Below, piece by piece: positions 1 to 12,200 of a stretch of 64,000 nucleotides of DNA. The stretch is from Antedon mediterranea (Eukaryota; Animalia; Echinodermata). The notes below the pieces were generated by a model that was not told where the DNA came from, ran no database searches, and was given only the letters and a program-made list of their open reading frames with translations. Numbering within the stretch: position 1 is the stretch's first letter; each line of letters begins with the position of its first letter. Position numbers and translations under genes: made by a program. The DNA lies in NCBI RefSeq assembly GCF_964355755.1, contig NC_092678.1:9626422-9690421 (forward strand), in the 5' to 3' direction.

Positions 1-1035
1 TCAGCTCTTCAGTCATCTACTGGTTTGTGGCGTAACGGGTAATCCTCAGGTTTGAGTGCTCTGAGTAGTGGGTCGAACCTCAAGGGATATTTTTTTTCTT
101 TTTTTTTTAAATTGAAAATAAATATGGTTTTTGAAAGTGAGATATTTTGAGGGTTGTAAATATCAGGCCTAAACAAGTGGACCTTTTTTAAAATCAGAAA
201 CAAAGTTGCATGGCATTATTTTTCATTGATTTATTATTTATTTCATATAAATAGAGTATTATCAGCTCTTCAGTCATCTACTGGTTTGTGGCGTAACGGG
301 TAAAGCTCAAGTTTGATTGCTCTCACTAGTGGGTTCGAACCTCTACGGATATTTTGTTGCTTTTTTTTTTTTTATTTAAAATAAATATTGTTTTTGAAAG
401 TGAGATATTTTGAGGGTTGTAAATATCAGGCCTAAACAAGTGAACCTTTTTTAAAATCAGAAACAAAGTTGCATTGCATTATTTTTCATTGATTTATTAT
501 TAATTTCATATAAATAGAGTATTATCAGCTCTTCAGACATCTACTGGTTTGAGGCGTAACGGGTAATGCTCAGGTTTGAGTTCTCGCAGTAGTGGGTTCC
601 AACCTCTACGAATATTTTTTTTTTTTTTTTTTTTTATTGAAAATAAATATTGTTTTTGAAAGTGAGATATTTTGAGGGTTGTAAATATCAGGCCTAAACA
701 AGTGGACCTTTTTTAAAATCAGAAACAAAGTTGCATGGCATTATTTTTCATTGATTTATTATTTATTTCATATAAATAGAGTATTATCAGCTCTTCAGTC
801 ATCTACTGGTTTGTGGCGTAACGGGTAAAGCTCTCACTAGTGGGTTCGAACCTCTACGGATATTTTGTTGCTTTTTTTTTTTTTATTTAAAATAAATATT
901 GTTTTTGAAAGTGAGATATTTTGAGGGTTGTAAATATCAGGCCTAAACAAGTGAACCTTTTTTAAAATCAGAAACAAAGTTGCATTGCATTATTTTTCAT
1001 TGATTTATTATTAATTTCATATAAATAGAGTATTA

Positions 1036-3115
1036 TCAGCTCTTCAGTCATCTACTGGTTTGAGGCGTAACGGGTAATGCTCAGGTTTGAGTTCTCGCAG
1101 TAGTGGGTTCGAACCTCTACGAATATTTTTTTTTTTTTTTTTTTATTGAAAATAAATATTGTTTTTGAAAGTGAGATATTTTGAGGGTTGTAAATGTCAG
1201 GCCTAAACAAGTGGACCTTTTTTAAAATCAGAAACAAAGTTGTATGGCATTATTTTTCATTGATTTATTATTTATTTCATATAAATAGAGTATTATCAGC
1301 TCTTCAGTCATCTACTAGTTTGTGGCGTAACGGGTAATGCTCAAGTTTGAGTGCTCTCACTAGTGGGTTCGAACCTCTACGGATATTTTGTTTCTTTTTT
1401 TTTTTTATTTAAAATAAATATTGTTTTTGAAAGTGAGATATTTTGAGGGTTGTAAATGTCAGGCCTAAACAAGTGAACCTTTTTTAAAATCAGAAGCAAA
1501 GTTGCATGGCATTATTTTTCATTGATTTATTATTAATTTCATATAAATAGAGTATTATCAGCTCTTCAGTCATCTACTGGTTTGAGGCGTAACGGATAAT
1601 GCTCAGGTTTGAGTTCTCGCAGTAGTGGGTTCGAACCTCTACGAATATTTTTTTTCTTTTTTTTTTTTTATTTAAAAAAATATTGTTTTTGAAAGTGAGA
1701 TATTTTGAGGGTTGTAAATGTCAGGCCTAAACAAGTGGACCTTTTTTAAAATCAGAAACAAAGTTGCATGGCATTATTTTTATTGATTGATCATTCATTT
1801 CATATAAATAGACTATTATCAGCTCTTCAGTTATCTACTGGTTTGTGCCGTAACGGGTAATGCTCAAGTTTGAATGCTCTCACTAGTGGGTTCGAACCTC
1901 TACGGATATTTTTTTTTTTTTTTTTTAAATAAATATTGTTTTTGAAAGTGAGATATTTTGCGGGTTGTAAATATCAGGCCTAAACAAGTGAACCTTTTTT
2001 AAAATCAGAAACAAAGTTGCATTGCATTATTTTTCATTGATTTATTATTAATTTCATATAAATAGAGTATTATCAGCTCTTCAGTCATCTACTGGTTTGA
2101 GGCGTAACGGGTAATGCTCAGGTTTGAGTTCTCGCAGTAGTGGGTTCGAACCTCTACGAATATTTTTTTTTTTTTTTTTTTTTTATTGAAAATAAATATT
2201 GTTTTTGAAAGTGAGATATTTTGAGGGTTGTAAATGTCAGGCCTAAACAAGTGGACCTTTTTTAAAATCAGAAACAAAGTTGTATGGCATTATTTTTCAT
2301 TGATTTATTATTTATTTCATATAAATAGAGTATTATCAGCTCTTCAGTCATCTACTAGTTTGTGGCGTAACGGGTAATGCTCAAGTTTGGGTGCTCTCAC
2401 TAGTGGGTTCGAACCTCTACGGATATTTTGTTTCTTTTTTTTTTTTATTTAAAATAAATATTGTTTTTGAAAGTGAGATATTTTGAGGGTTGTAAATGTC
2501 AGGCCTAAACAAGTGAACCTTTTTTAAAATCAGAAGCAAAGTTGCATGGCATTATTTTTCATTGATTGATCATTCATTTCATATAAATAGAGTATTATCA
2601 GCTCTTCAGTCATCTACTGGTTTGAGGCGTAACGGGTAATGCTCAGGTTTGAGTTCTCGCAGTAGTGGGTTCGAACCTCTACGAATATTTGTTTTCTTTT
2701 TTTCTTTTTTATTTAAAAAAATATTGTTTTTGAAAGTGAGATATTTTGAGGGTTGTAAATGTCAGGCCTAAACAAGTGGACCTTTTTTAAAATCAGAAAC
2801 AAAGTTGCATGGCATTATTTTTTATTGATTGATCATTCATTTCATATAAATATACTATTATCAGCTCTTCAGTTATCTACTGGTTTGTGCCGTAACGGGT
2901 AATGCTCAAGTTTGAGTGCTCTCACTAGTGGGTTCGAACCTCTACGGATATTTTTTTTTTTTTTTTTTTAAATAAATATTGTTTTTGAAAGTGAGATATT
3001 TTGAGGGTTGTAAATGTCAGGCCTAAACAAGTGAACCTTTTTTAAAATCAGAAACAAAGTTGCATGGCATTATTTTTCATTGATTTATTATTAATTTCAT
3101 ATAATTAGAGTATTA
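1036..3115. repeat. Tetrameric higher-order repeat (~1037 bp x2)
   Basis: Diagnostic variants TACTAGTTT, CAGAAGCAAA, GTTGTATGG and GTGCCGTAA recur at ~1037 bp. The same tetramer reappears near 13.8-15.9, 28.5-29.5, 36.0-38.1, 38.9-39.9, 58.1-59.2 and 59.9-61.0 kb. Confidence 0.85.
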
Positions 3116-4159
3116 TCAGCTCTTCAGTCATCTACTGGTTTGAGGCGTAACGGGTAATGCTCAGGTTTGAGTTCTCGCAGTAGTGGGTTCGAACCTCTAC
3201 GAATATTTTTTTTTTTTTTTTTTCTTATTGAAAAAAATATTGTTTTTGAAAGTGAGATATTTTGAGGGTTGTAAATGTCAGGCCTAAACAAGTGGACCTT
3301 TTTTAAAATCAGAAACAAAGTTGCATGGCATTATTTTTCATTGATTGATCATTAATTTCATATAAATAGACTATTATCAACTCTTCAGTTATCTACTGGT
3401 TTGCGGCGTAACGGGTAATGCTCAGGTTTGAGTTCTCGCAGTAGTGGGTTCGAACCTCTACGATTTTTTTTTTTTTTTTTTTTCTTATTGAAAATAAATA
3501 TTTTTTTTGAAAATGAGATATTTTTTATGGTTGTAAATGTCAGGCCTAAACAAATGGATCTTTTTTAAAATCAGAAACAAAGTTGCATGGCATTATTTTT
3601 CATTGATTGATAATTCATTTCATATAAATAGACTATTACCAGCTCTTCAGTCATCTACTGGTTTGTGGCGTAACGAGTAATGCTCAGGTTTGAGTGCTCT
3701 GAGTAGTGGGTCGAACCTCTAGGGATACTTTTTTTCTTTTTTTTTTAAATTGAAAATAAATATGGTTTTTGAAAGTGAGATATTTTGAGGGTTGTAAATG
3801 TCAGGCCTAAACAAGTGGACCTTTTTTAAAATCAGAAACAAAGTTGCATGGCATTATTTTTCATTGATTGATCATTTATTTCATATAAATAGACTATTAT
3901 CAGCTCTTCAGTCATCTACTGGTTTGTGGCGTAACGGGTAATGCTCAGGTTTGAGTGCTCTGAGTAGTGGGTCGAACCTCTAGGGATATTTTTTTTCTTT
4001 TTTTTTTAATTGAAAATAAATATGGTTTTTGAAAGTGAGATATTTTGAGGGTTGTAAATATCAGGCCTAAACAAGTGGACCTTTTTTAAAATCAGAAACA
4101 AAGTGGCATGGCATTATTTTTCATTGATTTATTATTTATTTCATATAAATAGAATATTA

Positions 4160-6250
4160 TCAGCTCTTCAGTCATCTACTGGTTTGTGGCGTAACGGGTA
4201 ATGCTCAAGTTTGAGTGCTCTCACTAGTGGGTTCGAACCTCTACGGATATTTTGTTTCTTTTTTTTTTTTTTATTTAAAATAAATATTGTTTTTGAAAGT
4301 GAGATATTTTGAGGGTTGTAAATGTCAGGCCTAAATAAGTGAACCTTTTTTAAAATCAGAAACAAAGTTGCATTGCATTATTTTTCATTGATTTATTATT
4401 AATTTCATATAAATAGAGTATTATCAGCTTTTCAGTCATCTACTGGTTTGAGGCGTAACGGGTAATGCTCAGGTTTGAGTTCTCGCAGTAGTGGGTTCGA
4501 ACCTCTACGATTTTTTTTTTTTTTTTTTTTTATTGAAAATAAATATTGTTTTTGAAAGTGAGATATTTTGAGGGTTGTAAATGTCAGGCCTAAACAAGTG
4601 GACCTTTTTTAAAATCAGAAACAAAGTTGCATGGCATTATTTTTCATTGATTTATTATTAGTTTCATATAAATAGAGTATTATCAGCTCTTCAGTCATCT
4701 ACTGGTTTGTGCCGTAACGGGTAATGCTCAGGTTTGAGTTCTCGCAGTAGTGGGTTCGAACCTCTACGAATATTTTTTTTCTTTTTTTTTTTTATTGAAA
4801 AAAATATTGTTTTTGAAGGTGAGATATTTTGAGGGTTGTAAATGTCAGGCCTAAACAAGTGGACCTTTTTTAAAATCAGAAACAAAGTGGCATGGCATTA
4901 TTTTTCATTGATTTATTATTTATTTCATATAAATAGAATATTATCAGCTCTTCAGTCATCTACTGGTTTGTGGCGTAACGGGTAATGCTCAAGTTTGAGT
5001 GCTCTCACTAGTGGGTTCGAACCTCTACGGATATTTTGTTTCTTTTTTTTTTTTTTATTTAAAATAAATATTGTTTTTGAAAGTGAGATATTTTGAGGGT
5101 TGTAAATGTCAGGCCTAAATAAGTGAACCTTTTTTAAAATCAGAAACAAAGTTGCATTGCATTATTTTTCATTGATTTATTATTAATTTCATATAAATAG
5201 AGTATTATCAGCTTTTCAGTCATCTACTGGTTTGAGGCGTAACGGGTAATGCTCAGGTTTGAGTTCTCGCAGTAGTGGGTTCGAACCTCTACGATTTTTT
5301 TTTTTTTTTTTTTTTTATTGAAAATAAATATTGTTTTTGAAAGTGAGATATTTTGAGGGTTGTAAATGTCAGGCCTAAACAAGTGGACCTTTTTTAAAAT
5401 CAGAAACAAAGTTGCATGGCATTATTTTTCATTGATTTATTATTAGTTTCATATAAATAGAGTATTATCAGCTCTTCAGTCATCTACTGGTTTGTGCCGT
5501 AACGGGTAATGCTCAGGTTTGAGTTCTCGCAGTAGTGGGTTCGAACCTCTACGAATATTTTTTTTCTTTTTTTTTTTTATTGAAAAAAATATTGTTTTTG
5601 AAAGTGAGATATTTTGAGGGTTGTAAATGTCAGGCCTAAACAAGTGGACCTTTTTTAAAATCAGAAACAAAGTGGCATGGCATTATTTTTCATTGATTTA
5701 TTATTTATTTCATATAAATAGAATATTATCAGCTCTTCAGTCATCTACTGGTTTGTGGCGTAACGGGTAATGCTCAAGTTTGAGTGCTCTCACTAGTGGG
5801 TTCGAACCTCTACGGATATTTTGTTTCTTTTTTTTTTTTTTATTTAAAATAAATATTGTTTTTGAAAGTGAGATATTTTGAGGGTTGTAAATGTCAGGCC
5901 TAAATAAGTGAACCTTTTTTAAAATCAGAAACAAAGTTGCATTGCATTATTTTTCATTGATTTATTATTAATTTCATATAAATAGAGTATTATCAGCTTT
6001 TCAGTCATCTACTGGTTTGAGGCGTAACGGGTAATGCTCAGGTTTGAGTTCTCGCAGTAGTGGGTTCGAACCTCTACGATTTTTTTTTTTTTTTTTTTTT
6101 ATTGAAAATAAATATTGTTTTTGAAAGTGAGATATTTTGAGGGTTGTAAATGTCAGGCCTAAACAAGTGGACCTTTTTTAAAATCAGAAACAAAGTTGCA
6201 TGGCATTATTTTTCATTGATTTATTATTTATTTCATATAAATAGAGTATT
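4160..6250. repeat. Trimeric higher-order repeat (~785 bp)
   Basis: Variants CTAAATAAGT, CAGCTTTTCAG, AAGTGGCATG and TAGAATATT recur at 784-785 bp (ORF-track coordinates 4168/4952/5737). Repeated at ~16.9-18.4 kb. Confidence 0.85.
4174..4272 (+). ncRNA. Representative tRNA-derived Pol III-like unit inside a monomer (putative ~80-90 nt transcript, not a functional tRNA)
   Basis: A box TGGCGTAACGG 4187-4197 fits TRGCNNARYGG. D-arm-like GCGT-AACGGGTA-ATGC 4189-4204. B box GGTTCGAACC 4230-4239. T runs at 4250-4253 and 4259-4272. TATAAAT at 4144-4150. No acceptor stem. Transcription is inferred only. Confidence 0.55.
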
Positions 6251-9200
6251 ATCAGCTCTTCAGTCATCTACTGGTTTGTGGCGTAACGGGTAATGCTCAA
6301 GTTTGAGTGCTCTCACTAGTGGGTTCGAACCTCTACGGATATTTTGTTTCTTTTTTTTTTTTATTTAAAATAAATATTGTTTTTGAAAGTGAGATATTTT
6401 GAGGGTTGTAAATGTCAGGCCTAAACAAGTGAACCTTTTTTAAAATCAGAAACAAAGTTGCATGGCATTATTTTTCATTGATTTATTATTAATTTCATAT
6501 AAATAGAGTATTATCAGCTCTTCAGTCATCTACTGGTTTGAGGCGTAACGGGTAATGCTCAGGTTTGAGTTCTCGCAGTAGTGGGTTGGAACCTCTAGGG
6601 ATATTACTTTTTTTTTTCTTATTGAAAATAAATATTTTTTTTGAAAATGAGATATTTTTTAGGGTTGTGAATGTCAGGCCTAAACAAATGGATATTTTTT
6701 AAAATCAGAAACAAAGTTGCATGGCATTATTTTTCATTGATTTATTATTAATTTCATATAAATAGAGTATTATCAGCTCTTCAGTCATCTACTGGTTTGA
6801 GGCGTAACGGGTAATGCTCAGGTTTGAGTTCTCGCAGTAGTGGGTTCGAACCTCTATGAATATTTTTTTTTCTTTTTTTTTTAATTGAAAATAAATATTG
6901 TTTTTGAAAGTGAGATATTTTGAGGGTTGTAAATGTCAGGCCTAAACAAGTGAACTTTTTTTAAAATCAGAAACAAAGTTGCATGGCATTATTTTTCATT
7001 GATTTATTATTAATTTCATATAAATAGAGTATTATCAGCTCTTCAGTCATCTACTGGTTTGAGGCGTAACGGGTAATGCTCAGGTTTGAGTTCTCGCAGT
7101 AGTGGGTTGGAACCTCTAGGGATATTACTTTTTTTTTTCTTATTGAAAATAAATATTTTTTTTGAAAATGAGATATTTTTTAGGGTTGTAAATGTCAGGC
7201 CTAAACAAGTGGACCTTTTTTAAAATCAGAAACAAAGTTGCATGGCATTATTTTTCATTGATTTATTATTTATTTCATATAAATAGAGTATTATCAGCTC
7301 TTCAGTCATCTACTGGTTTGTGGCGTAACGGGTAATGCTCAAGTTTGAGTGCTCTCACTAGTGGGTTCGAACCTCTACGGATATTTTGTTTCTTTTTTTT
7401 TTTTATTTAAAATAAATATTGTTTTTGAAAGTGAGATATTTTGAGGGTTGTAAATGTCAGGCCTAAACAAGTGAACCTTTTTTAAAATCAGAAACAAAGT
7501 TGCATGGCATTATTTTTCATTGATTTATTATTAATTTCATATAAATAGAGTATTATCAGCTCTTCAGTCATCTACTGGTTTGAGGCGTAACGGGTAATGC
7601 TCAGGTTTGAGTTCTCGCAGTAGTGGGTTGGAACCTCTAGGGATATTACTTTTTTTTTTCTTATTGAAAATAAATATTTTTTTTGAAAATGAGATATTTT
7701 TTAGGGTTGTGAATGTCAGGCCTAAACAAATGGATATTTTTTAAAATCAGAAACAAAGTTGCATGGCATTATTTTTCATTGATTGATCATTCATTTCATA
7801 TAAATAGACTATTATCAGCTCTTCAGTCATCTACTGGTTTGTGGCGTAACGGGTAATGCTCAGGTTTGAGTGCTCTGAGTAGTGGGTCGAACCTCTAGGG
7901 ATATTTTTTTTCTTTTTTTTTTAAATTGAAAATAAATATGGATTTTGAAAGTGAGATATTTTGAGGGTTGTAAATGTCAGGCCTAAACAAGTGGACCTTT
8001 TTTAAAATCAGAAACAAAGTTGCATGGCATTATTTTTCATTGATTTATTATTTATTTCATATAAATAGAGTATTGTCAGCTCTTCAGTCATCTACTGGTT
8101 TGTGGCGTAACGGGTAATGCTCAAGTTTGAGTGCTCTCACTAGTGGGTTCGAACCTCTACGGATATTTTGTATCTTTTTTTTTTTTTATTTAAAATAAAT
8201 ATTGTTTTTGAAAGTGAGATGTTTTGAGGGTTGTAAATGTCAGGCCTAAACAAGTGAACCTTTTTTAAAATCAGAAACAAAGTTGCATGGCATTATTTTT
8301 CATTGATTTATTATTAGTTTCATATAAATAGAGTATTATCAGCTCTTCAGTCATCTACTGGTTTGTGCCGTAACGGGTAATGCTCAGGTTTGAGTTCTCG
8401 CAGTAGTGGGTTCGAACCTCTACGAATATTTTTTTTCTTTTTTTTTTTTATTGAAAAAAATATTGTTTTTGAAAGTGAGATATTTTGAGGGTTGTAAATG
8501 TCAGGCCTAAACAAGTGGACCTTTTTTAAAATCAGAAACAAAGTTGCATGGCATTATTTTTCATTGATTTATTATTAATTTCATATAAATAGAGTATTAT
8601 CAGCTCTTCAGTCATCTACTGGTTTGAGGCGTAACGGGTAATGCTCAGGTTTGAGTTCTCGCAGTAGTGGGTTCGAACCTCTATGAATATTTTTTTTTCT
8701 TTTTTTTTTAATTGAAAATAAATATTGTTTTTGAAAGTGAGATATTTTGAGGGTTGTAAATGTCAGGCCTAAACAAGTGGACCTTTTTTAAAATCAGAAA
8801 CAAAGTTGCATGGCATTATTTTTCATTGATTGATCATTCATTTCATATAAATATACTATTATCAGCTCCGCAGTCATCTACTGGTTTGTGGCGTAACGGA
8901 TAATGCTCAGGTTTGAGTGCTTTCAGTAGTGGGTTCGAACCTCTAGGGATTTTTTTTTTTAAATTGAAAATAAATGTTGTTTTTGAAAGTGAAATATTTT
9001 GAGGGTTGTAAATGTCAGGCCTAAACAAGTGAACCTTTTTTAAAATCAGAAACAAGGTTGAATGGCATTATTTTTCATTGATTTATTATTAATTTCATAT
9101 AAATAGAGTATTATCAGCTCTTCAGTCATCTACTGGTTTGAGGCGTAACGGGTAATGCTCAAGTTTGAGTGTTCGCAGTAGTGGGTTCGAACCCCTAGGG

Positions 9201-12200
9201 ATATTTCTTTTCTTTTTTTTTTAATTGAAACTAATTTTTTTTTTTAAAGTGAGATATTTTGAGGGTTGTAAATGTCAGGCCTAAACAAATGAACCTTTTT
9301 TAAAATCAGAAACAAAGTGGCATGGCATTATTTTTCATTGATTGATCATTAATTTCATATAAATAGACTATTATCAACTCATCAGTTATCTACTGGTTTG
9401 TGGCGTAACGGGTAATACCCAGGTTTGAGTGCTCTCAGTAGCGTGTTCCAACCTGTAAGGATATTTTTTTTTTTAATTGAAAATAAATATTGTTTTTGAA
9501 AGTGAGATATTTTGAGGGTTGTAAATGTCAGGCCTAAACAAGTGAACATTTTTTTCAATCAGAAACAAAGTTGCATGGCATTATTTTTCATTGACTGATC
9601 ATTCATTTCATATATATAGACTATTATCAGCTCTTCAGTCATCTACTGGTTTGTGGCGTAACGGGTAATGCTCAAGTTTGAATGCTCTCACTAGTAGTTT
9701 CTACGGATATTTTGTTTCTATTTTTTTTTTAATTTAAAATAAATATTGTTTTTGAAAGTGAGATATTTTGAGGGTTGTAAATGTCAAGCCTAAACAAATG
9801 AACCTTTTTTTAAATCAGAAACAGAGTTGCATGACATTATTTTTCATTGATTTATTATTTAATTCATATAAATAGAGTATTATCAGCTCTTCAGTCATCT
9901 ACTGGTTTGTGGCGTAGCGGGTAATGCTCAAGTTTCAGTGCTCTCACTAGTGGGTTCGAACCTCTACTGATATTTTATTTCTTTTTATTTTTTAATTGAA
10001 AAAATATTGTTTTTGAAAGTGAGATATTTTGAGGGTTGTAAATGTCAGGCCAAAACAAGTGAACCTTTTTTAAAATCAGAAACAAAGTTGCATGGCATTA
10101 TTTTTCATTGATTGATCATTCATTTCATATAAATAGACTATTATCCGCTCCTCAGTCACCTACTGGTTGGTGGCGTAACGGATAATGCTCAGGTTTGAGT
10201 TCTCTCAGTAGTGGGTTCGAACCTCTAGGGATTTTTTTTTTTAAATTGAAAATAAATATTGTTTTTGAAAGTGAGATATTTTTAGGGTTGTAAATGTGAG
10301 GCCTAAACAAGTGAACCTTTTTTTAAATCAGAAACAAAGTTGCATGGCATTATTTTTCATTGATTGATCATTCATTTCATATAAATAGACTATTATCAGC
10401 TCTTCAGTCATCTACTGGTTTGTGGCGTAACGGGTAATGCTCAGTTTTGAGTGCTCTGAGTAGTGGGTCGAACCTCTAGGGATATTTTTTTTCTTTTTTT
10501 TTTAAATTGAAAATAAATATGGTTTTTGAAAGTGAGATATTTTGAGGGTTGTAAATGTCAGGCCTAAACAAGTGGACCTTTTTTAAAATGATAAACAAAG
10601 TTGCATGGCATTATTTTTCATTGATTGATCATTCATTTCATATAAATAGACTATTATCAGCTCTTCAGTCATCTACTGGTTTGTGGCGTAACGGGTAATG
10701 CTCAGGTTTAAGTGCTCTGAGTAGTGGGTCGAACCTCTAGGGATATTTTTTTTCTTTTTTTTTTAAATTGAAAATAAATATGGTTTTTGAAAGTGAGATT
10801 TTTTGAGGGTTGTAAATATCAGGCCTAAACAAGTGGACCTTTTTTAAAATCAGAAACAAAGTTGCATGGCATTATTTTTCATTGATTTATTATTTATTTC
10901 ATATAAATAGAGTATTATCAGCTCTTCAGTCATCTACTGGTTTGTGGCGTAACGGGTAATGCTCAAGTTTGAGTGCTCTCACTAGTGGGTTCGAACCTCT
11001 ACGGATACTTTGTTTCTTTTTTTTTTTATTTAAAATATATATTGTTTTTGAAAGTGAGATATTTTGAGGGTTGTAAATGTCAGGCCTAAACAAGTGAACC
11101 TTTTTTAAAATCAGAAACAAAGTTGCATTGCATTATTTTTCATTGATTTATTATTAATTTCTTATAAATAGAGTATTATCAGCTCTTCAGTCACCTACTG
11201 GTTTGAGGCGTAACGGGTAATGCTCAGGTTTGAGTTCTCGCAGTAGTGGGTTCGAACCTCTACGAATATTTTTTTTTTTTTTTTTTTTATTGAAAATAAA
11301 TATTGTTTTTGAAAGTGAGATATTTTGAGGGTTGTAAATGTCAGGCCTAAACAAGTGGACCTTTTTTAAAATCAGAAACAAAGTTGCATGGCATTATTTT
11401 TCATTGATTTATTATTTATTTCATATAAATAGATTATTATCAGCTCTTCAGTCATCTACTGGTTTGTGGCGTAACGGGTAATGCTCACGTTTGAGTGCTC
11501 TCACTAGTGGGTTCGAACATCTACGGATATTTTGTTTCTTTTTTTTTTTTTATTTAAAATAAATATTGTTTTTGAAAGTGAGATATTTTGAGGGTTGTAA
11601 ATGTCAGGCCTAAACAAGTGGACCTTTTTTAAAATCAGAAACAAAGTTGCATGGCATTATTTTTCATTGATTGATCATTAATTTCATATAAATAGACTAT
11701 TATCAGCTCTTCAGTTATGTACTGGTTTGTGGCGTAACGGGTAATACCCAGGTTTGAGTGCTCTCAGTAGCGGGTTCCAACCTCTAGGGATATTGCTTTT
11801 TTTTTTTCTTATTGAAAATAAATATTTTTTTTGAAAATGAGATATTTTTTAGGGTTGTAAATGTCAGGCCTAAACAAATGGATCTTTTTTAAAATCAGAA
11901 ACAAAGTTGCATGGCATTATTTTTCATTGATTGATAATTCATTTCATATAAATAGACTATTACCAGCTCTTCAGTCATCTACTGGTTTGTGGCGTAACGA
12001 GTAATGTTCAGGTTTGAGTGCTCTGAGTAGTAAATCGAACCTCTAGGGATACTTTTTTTCTTTTTTTTTTAAATTGAAAATAAATATGGTTTTTGAAAGT
12101 GAGATATTTTGAGGGTTGTAAATGTCAGGCCTAAACAAGTGGACCTTTTTTAAAATCAGAAACAAAGTTGCATGGCATTATTTTTCATTGATTGATAATT

